A stretch of 63,247 nucleotides of DNA, counting the filler, from Octopus bimaculoides (taxonomy: Eukaryota), in NCBI RefSeq assembly GCF_001194135.2. It is 6 parts of 4 records of this genome, joined end to end, with 100 filler letters (N's around TTAATTAATTAA, not from the genome) between each part and the next. Parts side by side here need not be neighbours in the genome. Positions count along the whole stretch, not along the records: positions 48,770 to 60,490 come from NC_068985.1; positions 60,591 to 63,247 come from NC_068988.1; 4 more parts are not named here. One strand, 5' to 3'. Each line of letters begins with the position of its first letter. Position 1 is the first letter of the stretch. Of this stretch, positions 53,640 through 63,247 are shown piece by piece. Both the position numbers and the translations under genes were made by a program. The notes beneath the pieces are model-generated. The model ran no database searches and was not told where the DNA came from. It saw only the letters and a list, made by a program, of their open reading frames with translations.

Positions 53640-55945
53640 GCCTATGCATAAATACATACTGATACACATCGCATATCTACAAACGGACTTGTTGCGTCTG
53701 TGTTCTCTCGAAGTCCGTCTATCCAACAACTCCTCGGATTGGCAGAAACTGTCCCTATTCGCTCTGGTGTCTCTCCACGTGACGAACGTGAGTACTGGAT
53801 CTTTCACATCTTCTCTTAAACGGCAGTTGGAGCTGTTCGAGTCCACCCCAACCAATGTTCATCTCAGGTCGGTGATCAACACAACCCCAAACAATAGTCG
53901 ACCACCAAACTTGAAGAAGGCCGTTAATGCCAAATTCAGCGAATTTGACATTAAAGGGGTTGTTCACCTCACTTTCCTCCCTCGCCCAGTACACAACAGA
54001 TTTCCTCAGTCATCTGTAGGAGAAGCATCCTCCGGCCCCTCCGGATGACTATCTACACTGCCCCGAACTACCAGGTTTTCTACAACCTGTTTTCACCTTC
54101 GACAACATCAAAAAGGCGATTGCATCCTTTCCGGCGGGTTCTGGTGCTAGGATTGATGGCTTGCGATCTCAACAACTCAAAGATGGTATCAACCTGTCAA
54201 CTGGTCTTGAGCTCTTGGAGAACCAAACACGGTTCATAAATTTTTTCTCGTCCGCGAGTGTCCTTCCCTACATTCGCCTCCTATTTTTAGGCGTTAAACT
54301 ATTTGGTCTCATCAAGCCCAATGATGACATCTGCCCCATAGTAGTGGTTGTACTCTGTGACAGCTCACAGTAAAATGTGTCCTTGGTTTCTAACTGTTTG
54401 TCTGCCGAATTTTCTCCTACTCAACTCATAATACATTATCAGCTACATGTGGGTACAAAGCTAGGCTGTGATGCTGCTGTTCATGCCACTAGAACTTTCA
54501 CCAACTTCCTTCTGAGTCCTCAAACTAGACCTCAGGAATACCTTCAATTCCATTATTCAAAGTGTCATCCTCCATGCAGTAAGGTAGAATATCCCACAGA
54601 TCTATCATTTTGTTTGGCAAGCTTATCGGGAGCCCTCCTACTTCTCCTTTGCTGACCACCTCATCCCATCTGCTGCTGGAATCCAATAGGGTGACCCACG
54701 TGGACCTGTTCTATTTGTGTGATAATGTTACCAGGATGGGAGCTGACCTGAACTTGAATATCTGGTATCTTGATGTTACTTGTTTGGTGGGGGAATCCTC
54801 CTGAGAAGGTCCTTGCAACTGCAAGGACAATGACTGAAGAACTTGGTTGGAGGGGCCTTAGCATTAACAGTTCCAAATGTATGCTCTGGCTCCTCAACCA
54901 TCCAGCTTCTCATCAGCAGACTAAACCTGTTTACAGATTGCTTCCCCTCTATTGCGGTTCCTCCTCCATCAATCAGTGAGTTGCTCTCTTGGAGCCCCAA
55001 TTACTGACTGAGCTTTTCAGTCCATCTTTTGATCCAAGATGGTTAACCTTGAACAGCTTTTAAAAAGCCTAAAGGTAATTGAACCTCACCAAAGATTTTT
55101 TATACTTAGGAATTACTTGTCGATTCCTAAATATTGTATTTTCTCAGAGTTAGTCCCTTCTCATCATCTCACCAATGCTTTGATGCCCTAAACTTCAGGA
55201 AACTCAAATGCTTGGACAATGTCAGACTCTTCAGAGTCCTGTAACCAGGTTCCTTTGCACAAACAGTTTGTGGGGAGTGTCTAGTAGGTCTGCATAAGTG
55301 CTCTTATCTATCTCTTCCCTCCATCTATACTTGCTCTCCTCTAGCACATAACATCCTCTCCAACATGGATTAGTTCCAACAGGAAGATGGCCGAAGCTCT
55401 CTGGGTTTGTCAGTTTCTGTTACAGTTGGGGATAGATGGCAGCAGATAGTATGGGACAATCTGCACTCAGGTGCAGCTTTCAGCTCTTTCCTTGATCAAT
55501 CTGATCAATCTCAAGATGTGGCCTACTTTCTACTTCTGTAAAATTCTCCAGAAATGATCGGAAGAGTCCAGATGATCTTACTCTTTGCCCTTGGGTAAGA
55601 GGTAAAGGCTTCATCTGGGATGTCACAGTCTGTGACTCCTTTGCTTCCTCCCACATCCTGGATTCTGCAGTAAATAGGAGGGTTACTGCTTCCATAGTCA
55701 AATGGAACAAAATCTTTAAGTATCAGGACCTGTCAGTGAACTGTCTCTTCAAGCCTGCGGCATTTGAAACATTGAGAAGGGTTAGGCTGTCAATGGCAAT
55801 GTTCTTGTCATTGTTGCCAGCTCACTTTATTGAGGTGTCAGGTGATGCCTGTGTGGGTGCTTGGCTGTTCCAGTGCCTTAGCCTTGCCACCACCCATCGT
55901 AATACCATGAGTGTGTTGGCTTGGTTTGCTAGGTCCCGTTGAACC
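53640..55945 (+). mobile_element. CRE-clade non-LTR retrotransposon, decayed (RT plus restriction-like endonuclease)
   Basis: IKKAIASFPAGSGARIDGLRSQQLKD (54110-54185), GTKLGCDAAVHATRTF, GIQ*GDPRGPVLF (54678), NIWYLD (54763), RNDRKSPDDLTLCPWVRGKGFIWDVTVCDSFA..KYQDL..FKPAAFETL..SGD..WLFQCLSLA..RN (55550-55942). The left boundary is approximate. Confidence 0.8.
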
Positions 55946-56761
55946 TTGTGGTGTGTGACCAATTGAGACACTGGTTGTTGAATTGATGTTTTTCTTTATT
56001 TTGTTTTTCTTTCCTTGTTTCTATTTTTCCATTTTTGTTTTTGGGTATTGGATTTAACAGGCACAAATACAAATTAATTCTAAAGCTGACTATGTTTACT
56101 CTTTGGATAAAACAAACTGCAATATTGTCTTTAAGAGATATCACTTGAAATTTTTTTTTAAATGTCATGTATGTCAGCATATATGAGTGCAACAACCAAT
56201 TTATTTTTGCATTAAATTCCAATATAATTGTAATGAACTCAATCTGAAAGGTGTTTGTAGAAAATTTCATTAAAAAATACTTATTTTTCTGAAAGTTATG
56301 AGGGAACAAAGTCAACTTGTGTGAATTATCTGAAACGCCCTCATCTTTCAAAAAAATTTCTTCCAAGAAATTCCAATACAATCAGAATCTTCACAATCTG
56401 AAAGATATTTGTAGAGAATTTCATAATAAAAAAAAAAATCCATTTTTTCTGAAAGTTCAGAAGAAGCAAAGTTGTAGTGGTGGTGGCAGGGCATACAGTT
56501 GAGGTATTCTTTTCATTGCACTAAAATTACTTTTAAATTGACTAAGTAATGACTGTCAGATGCTCTTTTTCTGAATTTATACTTGTAGGTGCCATGAAGC
56601 GGAGGTATTTTGTATTTGAATTATTTACCTGCATATGTATGTGACTTGTATAGAAGATACTCTTTATCAATTAATGGCTCATAGCAGAGCTTGTAAGTTA
56701 GTTGGATGACTCACACATGTGACTGTTGAACTCATTGTCCCTGCTAATACTAATTACAAAT

Positions 56762-56978
56762 ATTGGTTTCAAAATTTGGCACAAGGCCATCAATTTCAAG
56801 GGTGGGGCTAAGTCGATTACATCGACCCCAATACTCAATTGGTACTTATTTTATTGACCCCGAAAAGAATGAAAGCAAAGTCAACCTCAGTGGCATTTGA
56901 ACTCAGAATGCAAAGACAGTCAAAATACTGTGAAGCATTTTGCATGACATGCTAACAATCTTGGTAGCTTGCTGCCTT
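56762..56978 (-). mobile_element. SINE A, degenerate
   Basis: tttcaaaatttggcacaaggcc..gattacatcgacccca..catttgaactcagaat..agcttgctgcct. Confidence 0.75.
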
Positions 56979-57844
56979 ACTCATTATGAATATTAACCTG
57001 GAGAAGGTGGAATAGTGTAAATATCATCATGAGAAAGAAACTAGAGGCATACAGAGAGGAGTATGTGTATTCAAATCACAGTGTTGTGGTCTTTCATTGT
57101 GTTGTATCTGTTATAAAAGATAATCACTGAACTAAGAGCAATATATAAATCTATAATTGAATTAATGAAAGGTTTATTTAAAATAGTGAATGAGTTCAGT
57201 TGTTATAAACTATTCACATGCGCCATCCTGCTGTGCAATATGATTGAAACAAACCATTTTATCTGTTATGCTACCAATGTGTTGAATCACTAACCCAATG
57301 AACCCACCAACCAGTCAAGCCTGCAGGAACACACCACATCTCCACAGCAATCATGTTTAAGTAAATTAAATTACTGCATTTTCTATGAATCCTTTTCCTT
57401 TCTTTCTATTTTCAGTGTTCTAGAATTTTACTCTTGTGGAAAACATAAACAACAGTTATTTATTGATGAGAATTTTATTTTCTTTACTTTACATATCGTT
57501 TGAAATTTAATTCAGGTTTCAAAATAGTGTTCATCTTTGTACTAAATTGTTTTACAGCTTTCTTTAGGCCTCTGTTGGTCAGTGTTGATCCTGTATCTAT
57601 ATGTTTAGGCTTAGGTAAGAGATTTTTTTTCAATTTCAAAGAAGACTGGCAGTTGCCATGTATGCAAGTCTCCCCTTTCTATGCTATTGATGTTGTCCAA
57701 GGGAAAGCCTAATGATTTAGTGGCTGATACAGCTTGGCACTAGTGTCATTGCAGCTGTTGCAGTTGGAATGCAAATGGCCAGATAGATAGAAGACATTCC
57801 TGTTTGACATACTAACAACTCTGCAAATCCACTGCCATAGATTG

Positions 57845-57983
57845 ACACTTATTTTATTGACCCTGAAACGATGTATGACAAAGTTGACCGTGGCAGAATT
57901 TGAACTCAGTACACAAAGATGTGGAACAAACATTATAAGGTATTCTAGCCAAAACACTAACAACTTTGCTAGTTTGCTGTCTT
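57845..57983 (-). mobile_element. SINE A, degenerate
   Basis: cttattttattgaccctgaa..aaagttgacc..gaatttgaactcag..gctagtttgctg. Confidence 0.6.
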
Positions 57984-59147
57984 TTCATGCTTTTACAGCA
58001 GACAAAAATAATACATTTAATTCATCAGTTACTATTTTTTGTAAGGAAACAATTTGGATTGGACAATTAAGAAATACATAGAATATTACCAAGTCCACTC
58101 TTGAAAACAAATTCCAAAGAGAAACAAGATGGCAAGGGTTATATAATTACTTAACAGGTGAAATTTAAAAGAACCAAACAGATTGGCCATTCATTTTATT
58201 GGATTATTTTGTTCAAGGATAATGAATATTAACCACTACAATCAAAATCACTAAAGCGAGCCTCTATGTGGTTACATGAATTACTAGAAACAACAGCGAA
58301 ATTTCCCTTCTGACATACCTGATAGTCTTAAAAGGGATATCTAAGATTACAGAAACAGAAACAGAAACAATAAAAAGAAAAAAATAATAAAATAAAGAGA
58401 GAGAGACAATGGTCATTTTGGAATGCTTTTAATCATAAGTTTGCTCAATCAGGACCAACCTGGGACAAACAACAACAAAAACAACAACATGTAGTTCTAT
58501 GAAATCATTCAGATTGCTTATATATGTTTGATGTTAAGAATCTGTGTTATGAGTAATGAAGGTCATACAAGAACAGAACTGAAATGAATATGTGACTTGA
58601 CAATAAAACATCTTCCAGGCTCCTGGTACTTAGAAAAATGTGTTCAAAATGAAAACAGGATAATCACAGATCTGTTCATCACCACCATCACAAGAACAAC
58701 AGTAAAAGCATAAGAAGTGTTTTTTTAAAAAAAAAAGGCAGTTGAAGGAGATTGATTTATTTTTAAATGTGTAAGAGGCACTTGGCTACCATGGGTCAAA
58801 CAATGATACTAATAATGATACTAATAATGATACAAGAAATTACAAAACAAAACAAGCATATGTTTACTGTTGTGTCACTGAAATACTGACCATATGGTAA
58901 AACAACTGGGTCCACAATTTATCAACATAATCACTGCACCATCCAATTGATGTTTGATTGTACTGGAAGACAACTAGAGGTAATATTAAAATAGGGCTTT
59001 GTATTGGGTAATTTGGTTCATGAAAATCAATGAAGATTATTGTATGATTGACCTATTTACATGAGTGAATAAGAACTTACAAGATGACAACTAGAGTGAG
59101 AGACCAACACTGGACATGGAAATGAAATGTAATTTTATGAACCTTCT

Positions 59148-59153
59148 TTTATT
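59148..59153 (-). terminator. Candidate polyadenylation signal (AATAAA) for TYW2
   Basis: tttatt on the plus strand, ~90 nt past the stop codon; position only. Confidence 0.35.
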
Positions 59154-59244
59154 TCTTTGTCTAATTGCCTGGTCTCCAGAGATTATCTCACAAAGTTGAA
59201 TTGTCATAAATACAACAATAAGAGCCCAACAATTTCAGTTGGGT

Positions 59245-59898
59245 CTAATAATTCATTCCAGCATGAGAAAATGTTTCTGCTGGGCGACATTCAAGGTCCA
59301 GCACCAAGTGATCTATATGGGGAGCATATGGTTTAACATGCTCAATGTGTTTTACAATAGTTGCCCATGGTTTGCAGTGTAGTTCTTCTAGAATATGTCT
59401 GATAGAAGCTGCCACATCTGCTGCCCATTCTTCCCATTTTTCTTGCCGTTGTAAATGTTTCTCACTCAGTGGTTGATCTGAATTCAAAGTTTCATAGATT
59501 TTTATTATATCACCATCATCAGAGTCAGTTGTGTAATTATCTTCCATTGAATATTTGCCAAAGTCGCTAGGTAGATATGATTGTCTTGGAATGCTACTGG
59601 TACTACTGCTACTACTACTATTACCACCACAGTGTTGATTTATGTTTCGGTAAAGAGGTAAAGAAGGTGTTTGACCCTGTAGTGTAGCAGAAAGTTCTGC
59701 TGCTGCTTCGGCTGCTCGGTTCTGTATTCTCATTCGAATCTCTTCACTTTTATTACTTGATGCTGTTGAAACATTCTCATGGATATGCAAGATGCCACCA
59801 ATGTCACTTTTAAGAGATAAACAGGCTGGAAGCCAACCTTCTCTGCTACTGGGTAACAATCCTAGATTTACTCTGTCAGCAACTCCATGGGGACATAC
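59245..59898 (-). CDS. TRMT12: Terminal coding exon of tRNA wybutosine-synthesizing protein 2 homolog (aminocarboxypropyltransferase, Met-10+ fold)
   Basis: Acceptor tttctattttgttctAG at 59900-59899, phase 0. Peptide VCPHGVADRVNLGLLPSSREGWLPACLSLKSDIGGILHIHENV ... WEEWAADVAASIRHILEELHCKPWATIVKHIEHVKPYAPHIDHLVLDLECRP matches recalled human TRMT12 ADRVILGLIPSSEEGW..GGILHIHQNV ... HGKPW..VKSYAPHVDHIVLDLEC. Upstream exons were not found in the window. Confidence 0.9.
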   Translation of the reverse strand, partial: VCPHGVADRVNLGLLPSSREGWLPACLSLKSDIGGILHIHENVSTASSNKSEEIRMRIQNRAAEAAAELSATLQGQTPSLPLYRNINQHCGGNSSSSSSTSSIPRQSYLPSDFGKYSMEDNYTTDSDDGDIIKIYETLNSDQPLSEKHLQRQEKWEEWAADVAASIRHILEELHCKPWATIVKHIEHVKPYAPHIDHLVLDLECRPAETFSHAGMNY

Positions 59899-60132
59899 CT
59901 AGAACAAAATAGAAAAGTATGAGTCATTGGCATTCTTTTAAAAACAAACAATCAAAATAAGAGAAAATTTAATCACTATTACAATCTCAGTATGTATTTT
60001 TTAAATAATACATTTACAGCTTTAATTAGTTTACAGTGATAGAATTGTCAAGGTTGCAATGAGAACACTTCAATCATGACTCAGGTATATAGGAGAATGC
60101 AAACACCTTATTTATAAATAAATGATATAACT

Positions 60133-60490
60133 CAAACCCCTTCAGGTAGATGGCCCTGCTCAGTATGTAGAAAAGGAGTAGGTAGTAACTCTATAAGATG
60201 TACCCGGTGCAAGCTATGGACACATAAGAGGTGCAGCAACATCAAAGGCAGGTTAACTAGCAAGTTAGTTTTTGTTTGTGGCAGATGTTCAGGTGCAATA
60301 AAGACTGCAAACAAACAGGAAACAACTTCTATCTCATTCCAGGGTGAAAAACTAGAGGTAGTCGATAGCTTCCGCTATCTGGGCGACCAAGTTAGTAGTG
60401 GGGGTGGGTGCGCTGAAAGTGTAGCTGCTAGAATAAGAATAGCCTGGGCAAAGTTTAGAGAGCTCTTACCCTTGCTGGCGACAAAGGGAC
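60133..60490 (+). mobile_element. RTE-type LINE ORF fragment with a PHD-like zinc finger (open frame, not in the ORF track)
   Basis: 119 stop-free codons: GRWPCSVCRKGVGSNSIRCTRCKLWTHKRCS..FVCGRC..GEKLEVVDSFRYLGDQVSSGGGCAESVAARIRIAWAKFRELLPLL; ends at a gap. Confidence 0.85.
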
Positions 60491-60590
60491 NNNNNNNNNN
60501 NNNNNNNNNNNNNNNNNNNNNNNNNNNNNNNNNNTTAATTAATTAANNNNNNNNNNNNNNNNNNNNNNNNNNNNNNNNNNNNNNNNNNNN

Positions 60591-60623
<33 letters not shown>

Positions 60624-60722
60624 CATATATATTTGTATATATAGTATATGTGTGTGTGTGTGTGCATATATATTAATATATGCAATATATATTCATACAT
60701 ATATATTATATCATACTCATGT

Positions 60723-60754
<32 letters not shown>

Positions 60755-60766
60755 ACGCACACACAT

Positions 60767-60802
<36 letters not shown>

Positions 60803-61865
60803 TAGTAATATTAGCAATAATCCTTGGATGAAATTTATAAACATTTGTGGCATCACTACGTTAGTATCCAAAAGTCACATGTCTCTTGAGACCACAGTCC
60901 GTATTCCTGGGATGATTACAGTGTAATCCGTAGTACCCATGGGCATCGGGTAGATCATCATTATGAATTCATTTTTTTCAAGACATATAACATTAATGGA
61001 TGTTTAACAGAAGGTTGCTTGTCCCTTTTGATCAGTGCGGAGGTTAATTGAGTTAAATGGGTATTTCTGTGTGTATTTGGTGGGTAGGAAGGGAAGGTCA
61101 TGGAAAGTGAGGAAAGAATGGTATTCATATGGGGAAAGTGTATGTGGTGATGTTGGACTTATTTTGCAATTCAGATGGGGAGTACATTCCTTTGTTCGAT
61201 CTCATGAATTTTGAAGTGAAAAGGTCAGCCGGTAGAGCCATTATAATAGTCAGCTGTTGGAGTTCATTGTCTGAATTGACAAATGGTACCTTCTTATGGT
61301 GACCTTTTAATTATTTCTGGTGATACAGTGGTAAAATGTATATCATCCTGAAAGTTGGTTGGTTTGTTTATATGTTTGAGTTCCTTCCTTGTTCTATAAT
61401 ATGCTAAGGATGGCTGATGTAATTCCCTTTCAAAATACTTTTTACAAATTCCAGAAATGATGTTTTGTTTTTATTGTGGTGGACTTATGTAATAGGTAAT
61501 AATATAGATTAAATTTGTGTTATTTAATTTAAATTTATGTACATCAAATTAAGATTCATTTACTTATATCATATATNNNNNNNNNNNNNNNNNNNNNNNN
61601 NNNNNNNNNNNNNNNNNNNNNNNNNNNNNATGCACAATATTGCAAATACAAATCTCCGAAACCCAGAAACACTTGTAAAGTATTAAATGTATTCTCTCTT
61701 TTCTACTATGTGAGTTTAGAGTTTTAACTCTCTGGATATCTACCTAAGTATGAAGAACTAGTACGAAAGAAAACTTGGATTCTTTTCTTCTTATTTATGA
61801 TATTACAGCATGGATTTTCTTGATGAAGAAAAAGAATTTTCACTTTCCCGAGTTTCCTGTGCTTC

Positions 61866-62506
61866 TGTTTAATTATATTTATATTCACTTCTCTCGAACT
61901 GTTATATGTATGCATTGATGGCACCTACAACGGTTTGGCATCGCTGTAGAAGGGACCAAAACACCCCACAGAGTAACTATATGTGGGTATTTACATGTGT
62001 GTATTTGTAGCAGTCGAAAGCAAACAGGTAATACATCAATTTATTTCTAGTTTCGTTACAGAATTTTGTGCAGCAGCGTATGTCTAACTCCGAGAAATAA
62101 ACGGAACGTTGTTTAATCAGTTAATAATTAAACACACCACGTGACTTTCATTAAATAACGATGTTTTCTCATACTCTCTTTTTTTAAATTTTGTTTAATT
62201 ATATTTATACTCACTTCTCTCGAACTATTATATTTACGCACCGGCAACGGCTTGGCATCGCCGTAGAAGTGACCAAAAAGAGAAAAAAAAAACCTACAAA
62301 GTTACTACATGTGATTATTTACGTGTGTGTGTTGGTAGCTGTAGAAAGCAAACATGCAATACATCTATTCATTTCTAGTTTCGTTAACAGAATTTTGTGC
62401 AGCAGCGTATGTCTAACGTCGACAAATAAACGGAACGCTGTTTAATCAGTTAATAATTAAACACATCATGTGACTTTCATTAAATAACGATGTTTTCTCA
62501 TACTCT
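61866..62506. repeat. Diverged tandem duplication, period ~326 bp
   Basis: 61866-62178 and 62192-62506 share tgtttaattatatttata..cacttctctcgaact..ttggcatcg..cagaattttgtgcagcagcgtatgtctaac..gactttcattaaataacgatgttttctcatactct. Confidence 0.9.
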
Positions 62507-63216
62507 TTACCTTAACTATTATTTGATTATCGTAGAGAAACACTAGCATAATGCTACATTGATATTCCTTTGTTATCATAGACCCACTATTGTAGGTGGC
62601 TGTCAGTCCATAACAGGATGATAGAAAAATTCAGCAAGTATGTTATCAAGCAATACAAACATTGTTAATTTGCCAACAATGTGCTTGTACCGGCTGTGCA
62701 TTCTTTTATGTGTTCCGCAGAATGTATGGCAATATATCTATGATTTAATAAACATTGTTATTGGTCTATCTTCTGTTTCTACAGACAATATATAAACATA
62801 TATACAGAGCGCACTTTTATTTTGATTCCAGCATATGCTTTCAAAAGAAGCAAAAAGAAACAACAAACAAACAAATTATTCTGTGCTTCTACGCACACAT
62901 ATGCACAAACACACATACGCCCACACATAAATATGTGTATGTGCGTGCATGTGTGTGTGTGTGCATATGTGTGTGTGTAATATCTGTCTGCGCACAATAC
63001 AGCGTATATCAAATGAACTATAGTATCTTTAAATAATGTCTCACACAAGTATATTACGCGACAAAAAGCTTAACACTTTGCTTCTCCCTATTTTTCCCAC
63101 ATTGGGGCGCTATAATATATGCACATATCTATATTTTCGCACGCACACATACACACGCGCATTTGCAAATATAGATAGATAGACAGACAGATACACAGAT
63201 ATATATCTATATATCC

Positions 63217-63247
<31 letters not shown>

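Noticed and set aside
56589-57614. Possible plus-strand mini-exons at 56589-56604 and 57558-57614
   Set aside because: The splice signals are plausible, but joining them gives a stop in every frame and no homology was recognised.
60132-60314. 60-aa minus-strand ORF as an upstream TYW2 exon
   Set aside because: It is the antisense of the RTE fragment on the plus strand and has no TYW2 motifs.

Overview
AT-rich, microsatellite-dense eukaryotic DNA from a gappy short-read assembly. The three tRNA-derived SINE families, the RTE and CR1 LINE ends and the repeat density suggest an octopus genome; this is an inference, not a database result. One host protein-coding exon is supported: the terminal exon of a TYW2/TRMT12 (wybutosine pathway) homolog on the minus strand at 59245-59898. 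The 5' 47 nt (Alu domain) of a 7SL/SRP RNA lie at 53036-53082 (-), cut by an assembly gap, with compensatory base changes relative to human 7SL. Most of the remaining recognisable sequence is decayed transposons. DNA elements: Tc1, Tigger, pogo, hAT and several MITE/foldback elements. Retroelements: Ty3/gypsy RT and non-LTR elements of the CR1, RTE, Tx1-like, R4/Dong-like and CRE clades. The best leads are the 7SL locus with a CRE element just upstream, a Tx1-like LINE end inserted with a 14-bp TSD inside a SINE that can carry the same 3' tail, and LINE-SINE shared tails. No complete novel system can be demonstrated from this window alone. Most ORFs in the supplied track are N-run or microsatellite artefacts. 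SINE labels A/B/C are my working names, and many repeat boundaries are approximate.
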